Under the pieces are notes generated by a model. It searched no databases and was not told the origin of the DNA. It worked only from the letters and a program-made list of their open reading frames with translations. 64,000 nt of DNA from an uncultured Candidatus Binatia bacterium (GTDB lineage: Bacteria; Desulfobacterota; Binatia; UBA9968; CAXXLF01), in the NCBI GenBank assembly GCA_965218425.1, contig OZ244621.1, positions 4,032,001 through 4,096,000 of the forward strand, read 5' to 3'. This document shows positions 49,222 to 59,417 of this stretch, in pieces (within the stretch, counting starts at the first letter, position 1; each line of letters begins with the position of its first letter). Made by a program: the position numbers and the translations under genes.

Positions 49222-50190
49222 CTACTTTATGGTCTTCAGTTCCGGTAGAACTTCATGAGCCAGACGCTCTAGCTGACGATGATCGTGGGTCACTGTAGAA
49301 AAAATGAGATTTCGCACACCGGCATCCACAAGCTTCTTAGCCTGTGCCACACAGAGAGCCGGTGGACCATGGAGCGTATAGCGGGGAGCATCATAGGAGG
49401 AAGGATAATACCTTGGCAGCCTGTCAGAAAGCACTGCCAAGGCCTTATCGGTGTTTTCATCAATGTGAATGTATGTGAACTTGGCCGCCATGAGGCTATT
49501 GGGGTCCCTCCCAGTCGTGATGCAATGCTCTTTGATCTTCGCCCAGCCACGGGAGACATCCTCCGCAGTGCTGGTACTGGAAGCCAACCATCCATCGCCG
49601 AGAACAGCCACCCGACGGAGCACCGGATCCGCCTTGCCGCCAATCCAAAAGGGAATTCGTTGCTGAACCGGTCTGGGCTCCATGGGCACGTCCGTCGGTT
49701 GAATCAAGCGCGACACACCCTCAAAGGACCCTTGACCCCAGAACGCTCGCAGGGCCGTGAGGGTCTCCTCAAACCGGGTAACCCGGGTTTTCATTGATGT
49801 CCCCGACACCTGGTACTCCGTTGGGCTGCCCCCCAGGGAAGTACCGAGAACAACTCTACCTCCGGAAAGGTAGTCGAGAGTGGAAAGGCTCTTGGCCAGT
49901 GAAAGGGGATTTCGGAGATTGACCAGCAGGACACAGGTACCCAGTCGAATTCGTTCCGTGCGGGCGGCCACAAAGTTGAGTGTCGTCAGCGCCTCCAATA
50001 CGCCCAGACGAGGATGGAGGAGTCGATCTTCCACCCACACAGAGTCGAACCCCAATTTTTCCGCCGCGGTGGCATAATCAATCAGTTCGGATGGTTCGGG
50101 CAACGTGTCCCACCCGACGCTGGGAAGGTAGACTCCAAAGCGAGGAGTTTTGTCTTGGGATTGAGGATCGTGTAAGACTTGTGGTGACAT
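49222..50190 (-). CDS. LLM class flavin-dependent oxidoreductase
   Basis: AEKLGFDSVWVED, TERIRLGT, TLDYLSGGR, WIGG, GDGW; start uncertain (50190 or 50247). Confidence 0.9.
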   Translation of the reverse strand: MSPQVLHDPQSQDKTPRFGVYLPSVGWDTLPEPSELIDYATAAEKLGFDSVWVEDRLLHPRLGVLEALTTLNFVAARTERIRLGTCVLLVNLRNPLSLAKSLSTLDYLSGGRVVLGTSLGGSPTEYQVSGTSMKTRVTRFEETLTALRAFWGQGSFEGVSRLIQPTDVPMEPRPVQQRIPFWIGGKADPVLRRVAVLGDGWLASSTSTAEDVSRGWAKIKEHCITTGRDPNSLMAAKFTYIHIDENTDKALAVLSDRLPRYYPSSYDAPRYTLHGPPALCVAQAKKLVDAGVRNLIFSTVTHDHRQLERLAHEVLPELKTIK

Positions 50191-50477
50191 TGAGGGTCTG
50201 TTCTGTGCGCCAAATCTTGCGGCTTGACCTTGAAAGGCTCCCTCCACTTTTTCACGAGCCTTGGATGGTCAAGCATAAAGCGAACCGTAGTTTAGTCCTC
50301 CGCATGCAGCCTTGTCAATTTCCAGTTGATTGGGTTGACAGGCAACTTTTCCGAACCGTATACCTGTACGTAGTTCCCAGCAGCGAGCTGTGGCCATGAA
50401 ATGCATCAACCACTACGATTACACAAGCAATCTTACCCCTCCAAGCTAAACCCTTTCATTGCATTAACGAAACTAGC

Positions 50478-51677
50478 GTGAATATTCGATTCAGCAAAGA
50501 GACCATGGGTCTGGCCAAACTTTACTCTGCAACGTTTTTAATGGCCTTCGGACCCGGCATGGTTTTACCCGCCATCCCCGTGATAGCGGCTTCTTTTAAA
50601 GTTTCCGCGGGTCTCGCAGCCCAACTGATCACCGCACAGGCGCTAGGAAGAGCTGTGGCTCAGATTCCGGGAGGTATCATCGTCGACCGACGGGGAAGCA
50701 AGTATGCATTAATATTGAGCACCCTCTTGGTGGCTACAAGTGCTCTCATGGCCGCCCTCACTTCCCTCTTCAGTTTGCTCCTTTTGGCGCTGTTTCTCAT
50801 GGGTACGGCGGACAGTGTGTGGATGCTGGGCAGAGAAGTAGGGGGCGTGGACCTGGTTCGAACCGACCAGAGAGGCAGGATGATGAGCGGTTTCATGGGT
50901 TCCTCCTCGGCAGGAGTCGCCTTGGGCCCGGTGGTGGGGGGAATCTTGGCCGATGGAATGGGCTTCCGTGTGGTGTTTATTGTTTACCTTATCATCGCCA
51001 TAGCAGTACTCCTCACCTCCCTGACCATCCATGAAAGGAAAAACAAACATAAAGAGTTGGGACCATTGACCTTTCGCCTCGGCAAGTTTTGGGAGATCCA
51101 ACCCGCTTATCGGACCACGTATCTGGTACTGGTATTTGCAACCTTCACGATGATGCTCTACCGAACCACCCTTCACAGCATGCTTCCTCTTTTCGTGGGG
51201 ACTCAACTGGGCTTCTCCACGACACAGATTGGAACCCTTTTTGGGATCACCGGGGTTTGCGTCATCGTGATGATCATCCCTGCGGGATTCATCACGGACA
51301 AGATTGGAAGAAAGGCTGCAACGGTTCCCAGCACTGCCCTGCCCGCCATAGCTTTTGCCGCCTATCCCTTTTCCGATAGCATGCTGCAACTTTCGGCCCT
51401 TTCCGCATTGATTGGAATGTCCAACGGCCTTTCCCTTGGCTCAGTGGCCACCTCCACCTACGATGTCATCCCCGAAAAAAGCAGGGGCCAACTCCAGGGG
51501 CTGCGAAGGACAATCGGTGACATTGGCGGAATCAGCGGTCCACTGCTTGGAGGAATCATCGCCGATGCCTATAATCCTGGTACGACCTTCTTTATTTACT
51601 TCCCCCTCCTCCTCCTGGCCGCTGCGCTCCTTGCCTTTGCCTCACGCGAGACCCTCGGTAGAGCCGAACCAACTTAG
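50478..51677 (+). CDS. MFS transporter
   Basis: About 12 TM segments; paralog of 24368..25585. Confidence 0.9.
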   Translation: MNIRFSKETMGLAKLYSATFLMAFGPGMVLPAIPVIAASFKVSAGLAAQLITAQALGRAVAQIPGGIIVDRRGSKYALILSTLLVATSALMAALTSLFSLLLLALFLMGTADSVWMLGREVGGVDLVRTDQRGRMMSGFMGSSSAGVALGPVVGGILADGMGFRVVFIVYLIIAIAVLLTSLTIHERKNKHKELGPLTFRLGKFWEIQPAYRTTYLVLVFATFTMMLYRTTLHSMLPLFVGTQLGFSTTQIGTLFGITGVCVIVMIIPAGFITDKIGRKAATVPSTALPAIAFAAYPFSDSMLQLSALSALIGMSNGLSLGSVATSTYDVIPEKSRGQLQGLRRTIGDIGGISGPLLGGIIADAYNPGTTFFIYFPLLLLAAALLAFASRETLGRAEPT

Positions 51678-51759
51678 CTTAAAAATGCCATTACTCATTA
51701 GGTGGTTCTCTGGGCATAGCTAAGGTGATTTTTCAGGTTCAAATCCAGGCCACTAATCC

Positions 51760-51814
51760 TTGACAAGTCACCATCGATTCAATATTCTCTCACAAAACCC
51801 TGATTAACAGGGTT
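51760..51814 (+). promoter_or_regulatory. sigma70 promoter with a downstream palindrome
   Basis: TTGACA-N17-TATTCT, then AACCCTG-ATTAA-CAGGGTT. Confidence 0.55.
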
Positions 51815-51901
51815 GGAAAATCCGATTCCATCAATTCATTGCTTCATCGCCGGATTTTGCGGTCCCCACTGAAGCGGAGTCCACAAAACTAAGGAGGTCC
51901 C

Positions 51902-53077
51902 ATGGCAAAAAACGGTTATATGATCTTTGACAGCGACATGCACATCATGGAGCCCCCCGACCTATGGGAGCGCTATATTGACCCGGAGTTCCGCTCCATT
52001 GCGCCGCGTGGCAGAACATCCGAGAACGTACGCGACCTGGGTCTGTTCTTCCCTGATGGAGAGCCCGCCGGGAGAACCACATCTGGGGTCCCCCATCGCG
52101 GACATAACTACGAACGGAACCAAAAGCTCTACCGAGACCACTCTGAGCGCGGTTGGGGCCCTGATGCCCAGCTCGAGGCAATGGACCTGGAGGGCCTGGA
52201 CGTGGCAGTGCTCTTCCCCAGCCGCGGATTGAGCGTGCTCACCCATCCCAATAGGGATCCACGGTTCGCCGCCGCCATTGCCAGGGCATACAACGATTGG
52301 ATGTTCGATTTCTGTAAATTGGACACCACCCGGCTGCTGGGCGCGGGCATGATCTCTGTTTATGATATCCGTGATGCGGTTGAAGAAACCCTGCGAGCGG
52401 TCAAGGAGTTGGAATTTCGCGCTGTCTTTGTGCGCTCTAACATCGTCAACGGTAAGACATGGCACGATCCCTACTACGAACCCCTCTGGGACCTTCTGGA
52501 AGAGCTCAACATCCCCATAGGATTTCATGAGGCCACAGGCTCGCGTTCGCGCCAGACGGGAGATCATTTCGAGCCCAATTTTGGGCTTCGGCGCATTTAT
52601 GCCCAGCCCGTGGAGCAAATGCTAGGGCTAGGCAGCTTCATTGGCGGAGGTGTCCTGGAGCGGCACCCGAAACTCCATGTGGCATTTCTCGAGGCTAATT
52701 GTTCATGGGTACCCTGGCTGCTCTGGAGACTCGACGAGGGTTACGAGCGGGAAGGCGACGTGTTCATGCGGGACCTCAAAATGCTTCCCAGCGAGTACTT
52801 TAAGCGCCAGTGCTACGTTTCAGTGGAGCCGGATGAAGCCCCGGTACGACACGTGATCAACGAGTTCGGTAGCGATCGGATCGTGTTTTCCACGGACTAT
52901 CCTCATGGCGATTCCAAGTATCCGGAGGCGGTGGACAATTTTTTCCAACTCAAATTATCAGACGAGGACAATCGTAAGATTCTTTGGGATAATTGTGCCC
53001 GATTTTATTCCGTCACCGAAGCACCGAGCTCGACCAAATCCGAACCCGTGATTCAGCAACAAAGGAGGATTTCTTAG
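51902..53077 (+). CDS. Amidohydrolase_2 family protein
   Basis: FDSDMHIMEP, AMDLEGLD, GFHE, LEANCSW, STDYPHGD. Confidence 0.9.
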   Translation: MAKNGYMIFDSDMHIMEPPDLWERYIDPEFRSIAPRGRTSENVRDLGLFFPDGEPAGRTTSGVPHRGHNYERNQKLYRDHSERGWGPDAQLEAMDLEGLDVAVLFPSRGLSVLTHPNRDPRFAAAIARAYNDWMFDFCKLDTTRLLGAGMISVYDIRDAVEETLRAVKELEFRAVFVRSNIVNGKTWHDPYYEPLWDLLEELNIPIGFHEATGSRSRQTGDHFEPNFGLRRIYAQPVEQMLGLGSFIGGGVLERHPKLHVAFLEANCSWVPWLLWRLDEGYEREGDVFMRDLKMLPSEYFKRQCYVSVEPDEAPVRHVINEFGSDRIVFSTDYPHGDSKYPEAVDNFFQLKLSDEDNRKILWDNCARFYSVTEAPSSTKSEPVIQQQRRIS

Positions 53078-53079
53078 CC

Positions 53080-53742
53080 ATGGAAGACAAGAACCAAAAC
53101 GCACTTGACGGGTTTGTCGGCAAGACCCGTAAATTATTTGCCAGCGAGCCAGATCCCGAAAAGAGATGGGCGGCCCTGTCCCCAATCCTCGCGGAACTGC
53201 TTGCCGATCCTGAGGTCATCGAGGCCTCCAAACATTGGCCTGACTGTGTTCCCCGGGACGGACGGGCCGAAAACCTGATCTTCTACGAAGACCCAGACTA
53301 TAAATTCGTTATAAACGGCCTGACCAAGGGTGAGGCCAGACAAGGCGGGCGCACGCGCGTGCACGATCATGGTCATATCTACACCCTTTACGGAGTGCTG
53401 TCCGGCCGCGAAAGGGTGGAGCGCTATGAGCGAACCGACGATCGCTCCAAACCCGACTACGCTGAAATCAAAAAGACCACTGATACTCTCGTTGGCCCTG
53501 GGATGATTGACCTGGTGAAACCCTACGAAGTTCACGCCGAAGTAACCGTCGGAGAGAGAACGGTGGCGGTGATTATCCGCAGCGAGAAGGCGGGCAATTT
53601 CAACCAGGGTCGATACGACACGGAAACATTTAAATACTTCGAGAGCTTTGGTCCGCGCCAGACACCTGTGGAGATGCTACCGAAAAAGGCCAAAGCAGCC
53701 CGGGCGGCAGCCGCGGACATACCGGCGGCGAGCGCTCGATAA
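53080..53742 (+). CDS. Cysteine dioxygenase-like cupin
   Basis: VHDHGH..TLYGVLSGRE...EVHAE (3-His pattern); AGGAGG RBS. Confidence 0.7.
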   Translation: MEDKNQNALDGFVGKTRKLFASEPDPEKRWAALSPILAELLADPEVIEASKHWPDCVPRDGRAENLIFYEDPDYKFVINGLTKGEARQGGRTRVHDHGHIYTLYGVLSGRERVERYERTDDRSKPDYAEIKKTTDTLVGPGMIDLVKPYEVHAEVTVGERTVAVIIRSEKAGNFNQGRYDTETFKYFESFGPRQTPVEMLPKKAKAARAAAADIPAASAR

Positions 53743-53766
53743 TTCAGGCTGGGGCCGTGGGGCACA

Positions 53767-54198
53767 ATGCCGGTCAAAGTCGTCGACGTCAATGAGATCG
53801 CGCGGGGAGGACAACGGAAGGTCCTTTTCGACCGTCCTAAATTTTCCACCTGGGTCCACGTCTATGCAACGCCCAAGAAAAAAATGGACATGCACGCCCA
53901 CAATTATGACGAGACCTTCTACCTCGTGGATGGTGAATGCACGATGCATTTCCCAGCCGGGGAAAAAGTCGTCATGAAACCCGGCATGGTGGCCCTGATC
54001 CCAGGCGGGGCCTTCTACCAACTGGAAAACTCCGGGGATAAGCCCATGGTCCTCATGGGGAACCGCGCCGGTGCCCAGGGCGAGAGCACCTACGTCCACT
54101 ATGAAACCCGCAAGCAGTACAAAGGGCGCCAAGGATTTGACCTCGCCAACCCCAACTCAAAGGACCGTCAGGATGAAAAAGAAATCACGGAGAAGTAA
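53767..54198 (+). CDS. Cupin domain protein
   Basis: MHAHNYDETFYLVDGE...KPGMVALIPGG..YQLENSGD. Confidence 0.82.
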   Translation: MPVKVVDVNEIARGGQRKVLFDRPKFSTWVHVYATPKKKMDMHAHNYDETFYLVDGECTMHFPAGEKVVMKPGMVALIPGGAFYQLENSGDKPMVLMGNRAGAQGESTYVHYETRKQYKGRQGFDLANPNSKDRQDEKEITEK

Positions 54199-54302
54199 TC
54201 GTCTCGTACTTGAGGGAGGTCTGATCCATCGTCACCAAGATAGGCATTGAGTCAGGGTTTACGTCAGCGAATGATTTGAGCTGATGGTGAAGGAGGCTCG
54301 CC

Positions 54303-55166
54303 ATGGCACGAGTTGAAACGCGAAACAAATCGACGGACACCATTAAAACTGCCCTTAACTACATCATTGACACGGGAGAGAAGCCGGTAACCTACACGGC
54401 CAAACCCGGGGCCACACCCGAACAACGATCGGGAAAATACCAGGCGCACACGGTCACCATCCAGGACGGCCGTCCCATAATCGAGGACTTCTCCCTGGAA
54501 CGCGAGGGATTCGTTTTCGTCAACCATCAGACCAAGGTGAAGGATTTCTACGACGAAGACGAGTTGCGATCGGTGTACTACCCGGAAATGGAGCAACTGG
54601 TGAAAGACCTGACCGGAGCGTCTCGAGTTCTGGTCTTCGACCATACCCTAAGGGCCGAGGACAACGAGACACGGGAGGAGAAAAAAGTACGCGAGCCTGT
54701 CAGGAGGGTTCACAATGACTACACCGAGTGGTCCGGTCCGCAGCGTGTGCGCGACCTTCTTCCCCCCGACGAAGCGGAGAAACTGCTGCAACACCGGTTT
54801 GCAGTGATTCAGGTGTGGCGGCCGATCCGGAAACCCGTGAAAACGGCGCCCCTGGCCATTGCCGACGCAATGAGCATCGCGCCCTCGGACCTGATTCCCA
54901 CTGAAAGGAGATACCCGGATCGGGTTGGTGAGACCTACCATATTACCTTCAACCCTTCCCACCGGTGGTTCTATTTTCCGGAAATGCAAAGAAATGAGGC
55001 CCTGGTCTTCAAGTGCTACGATTCGGAAAGGGACGGCAGGTCGCGGTTCTCCGCCCATGCGGCCTTCGAGGACCCCAATAGCCTGCCCGACGCTCCGTCC
55101 CGCGAGAGCATCGAAATTCGCACCCTCGCCTTTTTCCCACCTGCCGCAGCATCAACGGGACCTTAA
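54303..55166 (+). CDS. CmcJ/NvfI/AsaB-like Fe(II)/2-oxoglutarate oxidoreductase
   Basis: VFDHTLR, VHNDYT, QVWRPI, PLAIADA, FKCYDS, AHAAF, RESIEIR. Confidence 0.85.
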   Translation: MARVETRNKSTDTIKTALNYIIDTGEKPVTYTAKPGATPEQRSGKYQAHTVTIQDGRPIIEDFSLEREGFVFVNHQTKVKDFYDEDELRSVYYPEMEQLVKDLTGASRVLVFDHTLRAEDNETREEKKVREPVRRVHNDYTEWSGPQRVRDLLPPDEAEKLLQHRFAVIQVWRPIRKPVKTAPLAIADAMSIAPSDLIPTERRYPDRVGETYHITFNPSHRWFYFPEMQRNEALVFKCYDSERDGRSRFSAHAAFEDPNSLPDAPSRESIEIRTLAFFPPAAASTGP

Positions 55167-55416
55167 GCGCGACCCTATCCCGTGGAAAACCATATTATTC
55201 CCACCGGTTTTCCATCAGAAAGCTGCGTCGGTCGATCTTCACCGTACCGCTGGTGAAGGTGATTGAAATACTGAGAACGTTCGTGTGAAAGTCCCCTGCG
55301 CCCGGTCGTGATTCCGGGCAATACGGAGCCGTGCAGCATGTAAATGAAAGGAAGGAATGGCAAAAGCAAAAGTGGTGATCAAACCAAGAAGCAGGATCAT
55401 GAAAATTCCATTTCAA

Positions 55417-55887
55417 CTAGAATATCCCTGCCTCCAGACCCGCTGCCATGGCCATGCCTAACTCCTCACATTGGAGGTTGTACTTCGCACGAAAGTCTCC
55501 GGCGCATACCACCGGTTCTTGAACCAGCTTCCACTTGAGACCGCTTACAATGCGGTCAATACTCGTTAGTGCCCCGGTGCCATCATTGCCCGCGCGGATA
55601 AACAAAGCATAGGGCAACCCATCGGTCTTATCGAGACAGGAATAATAGATTCGATCAAAAAGATCCTTCAGGGCTCCACTCATATAGCCAAAGTTTTCCG
55701 GGGTGCCTAGGATAACCCCATTGGCCCAGAGAACGTCTTCTGGCACCGTTTCGAAGGGGTTTTTCCGTCGCACCTCTATCCCTACGATGTCCGGAGAGGT
55801 CGCACCCCGAAGGACGGCGTCGGATAATTCACGTGAATTGACCGAGGGCGCGTGGACAACCAAAAGGAGATGTTTGTTGGCATCCAC
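55417..55887 (-). CDS. Flavodoxin/NAD(P)H-dependent FMN reductase-like protein
   Basis: GTPENFGYMSGALKDLFDR, AGNDGTGA. Confidence 0.88.
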   Translation of the reverse strand: MDANKHLLLVVHAPSVNSRELSDAVLRGATSPDIVGIEVRRKNPFETVPEDVLWANGVILGTPENFGYMSGALKDLFDRIYYSCLDKTDGLPYALFIRAGNDGTGALTSIDRIVSGLKWKLVQEPVVCAGDFRAKYNLQCEELGMAMAAGLEAGIF

Positions 55888-56097
55888 TTAATTCCCCTCC
55901 GGGAATGCTCACGGGCACACACAAGGAAGCAGTAACCAAGCACTACTGCTGGAGATCTATTTTTCATTATCCCATGGTCGGACAAATATCTACATACCCC
56001 TCCCTCGGAAATAGGTTGGAAATTTGTTTTCGATGGAGTAAGGAGGAGACAACCTGATTTACCTCAACCATCCATCAACCAAAAGGAGGAAAATACT

Positions 56098-56922
56098 ATG
56101 GCGGACGCCATTCAGGAAGAACACCCGGGACTCGGGAAGGGTCTTGGACGGCTACTGGGGAAGGTAGCTCTTGTGACGGGAGCAAACAGTGGCATCGGGC
56201 GCGCCACCGCACGCCTCTTGGCCCGCGAAGGGGCCAAGGTAGTATGCTGTGACATCCAGGAGACCTTATCTCCGAGGGTAGACAAGCTCATTGAACAGGA
56301 CGGCGGACAGGCGATTTTCCTGCAATCCGATGTCACCCGTCAGGCCGACTGGGATCGGAGCATCGAAACGGCCTTGGAACGATTTCATGGCCTCCATATT
56401 CTCTTCAACAACGCTGGTGGAGGGGTACGCAAAAAAATTCACGAATTCACTGATGATGAGTGGAACTTCGTCATAAATCTAAATCTGAATGCCATATTTC
56501 GCGGTGTAAGGGCCGCCCTACCCCACTTTCTCAACCAGGGACAGGGCAGTATTGTGAACACGGCCTCCACCTTTGGAATTCTCGCCACCGACCAGTACCC
56601 AGCTTACTGTGCCACGAAGGCCGCTGTCGTGAACCTGACCCGTCAGATGGCCCTGGACTATGGTCCCAGCGGAATCAGGGTCAATTGCGTGTGTCCCGGG
56701 TCCACCGAGACTCCGCGATTCCGGGGCTACCCGCCCCAGCCCTCGCTGGATCGAGTTACAGAGGAACAACGCACAAGGATGGGCAACAGCAATCGCGCCC
56801 TGAGGCGGATGGCCCGGCCGGAGGAGATCGCTTATGGAGTCCTCTTCCTCGTATCAGAAGAGTCTTCCTTCGTCACGGGTCACGCCCTCGTGATTGATGG
56901 AGGACAAACCATCGACGCGTAG
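56098..56922 (+). CDS. SDR family oxidoreductase
   Basis: TGANSGIG, NNAG, YCATK, IRVNCVCPG, VIDGG. Confidence 0.93.
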   Translation: MADAIQEEHPGLGKGLGRLLGKVALVTGANSGIGRATARLLAREGAKVVCCDIQETLSPRVDKLIEQDGGQAIFLQSDVTRQADWDRSIETALERFHGLHILFNNAGGGVRKKIHEFTDDEWNFVINLNLNAIFRGVRAALPHFLNQGQGSIVNTASTFGILATDQYPAYCATKAAVVNLTRQMALDYGPSGIRVNCVCPGSTETPRFRGYPPQPSLDRVTEEQRTRMGNSNRALRRMARPEEIAYGVLFLVSEESSFVTGHALVIDGGQTIDA

Positions 56923-57320
56923 GGTATTACCCGCGCCACCTTTTGGTGATCCGTAGGGAATTTAACCAGGGTCCATTGAAGGAATAGAAAAGATAGAGGG
57001 GGAAACCTGTAGTGGGGGGACATGGGACTGACGTCCCCCCCCGATCTCGATCAGACCGTGAATTTCCCTTTGACCGATTTCATTGTCCCACGGCCACAAA
57101 AGCGTTTCGCCGCGTCGTCACGAACTGCACTTTATAGCTATATTGGCAAAACATGTGCCATCCAAAATCCGTTGGATTTCATGGGATCATCAGCCCCCGA
57201 TAACCTTACAATGGGGTACTATTTTGACATTGATACGCCAGAAATGTCCTAAACGGAGCGTTAGCGGATATTTAAGAACCACCCGAGAAGAGTTGGTCGC
57301 CCCAAGACGTCACAGGACTA

Positions 57321-57449
57321 AAATCCGAAATCCAAAGCTCGAAATCTTAAACAAACCGAAACGCATCAATCCCAAACGATTTTGTTTGGAAATTTCTGTT
57401 TTTTGATCATTGGGATTTGTTTCGAAATTTGGTTTTCAAATTTCAAATC
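57321..57449. repeat. AT-rich imperfect palindromic element with heptamer-periodic arms
   Basis: AAATCCGAAATCCAAAGCTCGAAATCTTAAACAAA ... TTTGTTTCGAAATTTGGTTTTCAAATTTCAAAT. Confidence 0.65.
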
Positions 57450-57453
57450 GGGA

Positions 57454-58122
57454 CTAAGAGTAGGCCTGATATAACCCTTCGAACTTACCCAACTTGATGC
57501 GCACCATGTGTTGGGCACTTTCCCGCACCAGTCGTTCATCCCTTGGAGTCTTGATAAATTGGGCCATCAAATTGGCGGACCGCTTCGTATGCTCCCGGTC
57601 GGCCACCATGTGAACCGTAAAAAACTCTAGCGCTGGATCTCCCAGCCCGTAGTGTTTACGAAGGTAGTGATTGAACTCCCCTGAATAACGACAAACCATG
57701 CTTTCACTGGTTAATGCGGAGGCTCGATTAACCACGGGGATTCCCAGAAGTACGTTACTTACGGTTCGGCAGGTATGGATATGACACTCAAAGATTTGCG
57801 TGGCACCGGCAAAGTCTTCCTCTTTTAACCCGATGGCGAGGCCAAAGCTCTTTGCTAGATCGGGATGGGTGTGTTCCTCATAGAACTGATTCACGGACCG
57901 TTCGTAGAGCTCTGGGTCATGAGCATTCTTCACCATCCCGAGGACGAAGCCCTTCAGGATGGCCCGGTTGTGGAGATAGTGTTGAATTGCCCATCCCTGA
58001 AGTCGCCGGATGGAGAGCTTCCCTTCCCGGAGTTCCGAGAAATAACGACACTCCATGAGGCGCTCTACACCGGGCTGAACAATCTCCCTAATCACCGAGT
58101 CGACGACTGCTTTACCGTCCAT
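57454..58122 (-). CDS. TenA/PqqC/heme-oxygenase-like fold iron-containing redox enzyme
   Basis: WAIQHY, YEEHTHPDL, E, FFTVHMVADREH. Confidence 0.75.
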   Translation of the reverse strand: MDGKAVVDSVIREIVQPGVERLMECRYFSELREGKLSIRRLQGWAIQHYLHNRAILKGFVLGMVKNAHDPELYERSVNQFYEEHTHPDLAKSFGLAIGLKEEDFAGATQIFECHIHTCRTVSNVLLGIPVVNRASALTSESMVCRYSGEFNHYLRKHYGLGDPALEFFTVHMVADREHTKRSANLMAQFIKTPRDERLVRESAQHMVRIKLGKFEGLYQAYS

Positions 58123-58153
58123 TTTCAGGTTCCTCCCGATTTAAAGATACGGT

Positions 58154-59191
58154 TTAGTAACCATCAAACATAGTTTGGATTTCATCAGGATCACGGGTCC
58201 TCGTGAGGGCCAGAGACAAGAGAACACGGGCTTTCCAAGGCTGAAGGTTGTCCGCCGCCACCATTTCTCGCCTGATGAGCCCCGGGCTGCGCGCCACCCG
58301 GCCGGATCCCACCCGGCTTGCGATACAAACGGTCACCCCTTTTTTGACTGCTCGATCCAGCGCTTCCTCTTCCGCGGGGGTGGGACGCCCCGCTCCAGTC
58401 CCAGCACTCACAATCCCCATGGCCCCGGCATCCACAGCAGCGTCGATCATGGCTCCATCGGCGCCAACGTAAGAGACCACCACATCCACCCGGGGAAGTG
58501 AGTTGAGCCGGCGCACCTCGAATTCCGTTTCCACTGTATGTTTTTTCACCGTACGATGAAAATAAACGATTTTGCCGTCGGCGTCGGCAAACTCCAGGGG
58601 TCCAAGGTCACGCCCCTGAAATGCATGCACCCGGTAAGTGGCTGTCTTAGTCGCATCTCTTGCGCTGAGGATGGTGTCGTTCATGACCAAGAGCACACCC
58701 CGCCCCCCGGAGGACGAATCTGCGGCAACCCGGATCGCATTGACGACGTTCAAATAACCGTCGGCGCTCACTGCGGAAGAGGGCCGCATGGAACCCACTA
58801 GCACAACCGGCCTATCCGTCTTAAGGGTTAGGTTGAGAAAGTAAGCCGTCTCTTCAATGGTGTTGGTTCCATGGGTGACAACCACACCGTCCGCCCGTTG
58901 GTCATCAAAAACGGTATGGATGGTCCGAACCAGGTCCAGCCAATCTCTGTCTACGAGTCCATGGCTGGGTAGCCGTCGAAAGGAAATCTCTTCAAACTTG
59001 GCCAAGGACGCGAGCTCCGGAAGCCGCCCCAGGAGCTCTCCCCTATTGAGTCGCTTGCCCGCTTCGATATACCAGGCAAGATCGAGGCGGTCCTTACCCA
59101 CCGAGTCGATGGTCCCTCCAGTGATAACGATCACCACCCGCGGAAGCTCATTTATCTCTTTACGGTTCCTCTGTGGAGTTCCTTCCGCCAT
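58154..59191 (-). CDS. L-asparaginase/glutaminase family protein
   Basis: ITGGTI, THGTNTIEETAYFL, VGSMRP...ADG, SRVGSG, KARVLL. Confidence 0.92.
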   Translation of the reverse strand: MAEGTPQRNRKEINELPRVVIVITGGTIDSVGKDRLDLAWYIEAGKRLNRGELLGRLPELASLAKFEEISFRRLPSHGLVDRDWLDLVRTIHTVFDDQRADGVVVTHGTNTIEETAYFLNLTLKTDRPVVLVGSMRPSSAVSADGYLNVVNAIRVAADSSSGGRGVLLVMNDTILSARDATKTATYRVHAFQGRDLGPLEFADADGKIVYFHRTVKKHTVETEFEVRRLNSLPRVDVVVSYVGADGAMIDAAVDAGAMGIVSAGTGAGRPTPAEEEALDRAVKKGVTVCIASRVGSGRVARSPGLIRREMVAADNLQPWKARVLLSLALTRTRDPDEIQTMFDGY

Positions 59192-59417
59192 TGATCGATT
59201 TCTTCTGTCCAACTTTTTTATCCTTATTCCCGCCGTTCAACGGGGCCGTACTTTAGTCTCGGTGTACTGGGCTTGTCAATCATGAGAAGTATGAGCTCCG
59301 ATCTATATAGTCCAAGATTGCCCTCCGAGACCGAATTTTGGACAAGCCTAGATAATTCAACGAAACGAAGATCCACTACCGGATCGCAATGGCCACTCGT
59401 TATGAAAGGCACATGTC

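Noticed and set aside
55195..55416. Short minus-strand ORFs with a signal-peptide-like stretch (MILLLGLITTFAFAIP...)
   Set aside because: Too short and without family motifs; may be a remnant but cannot be supported.
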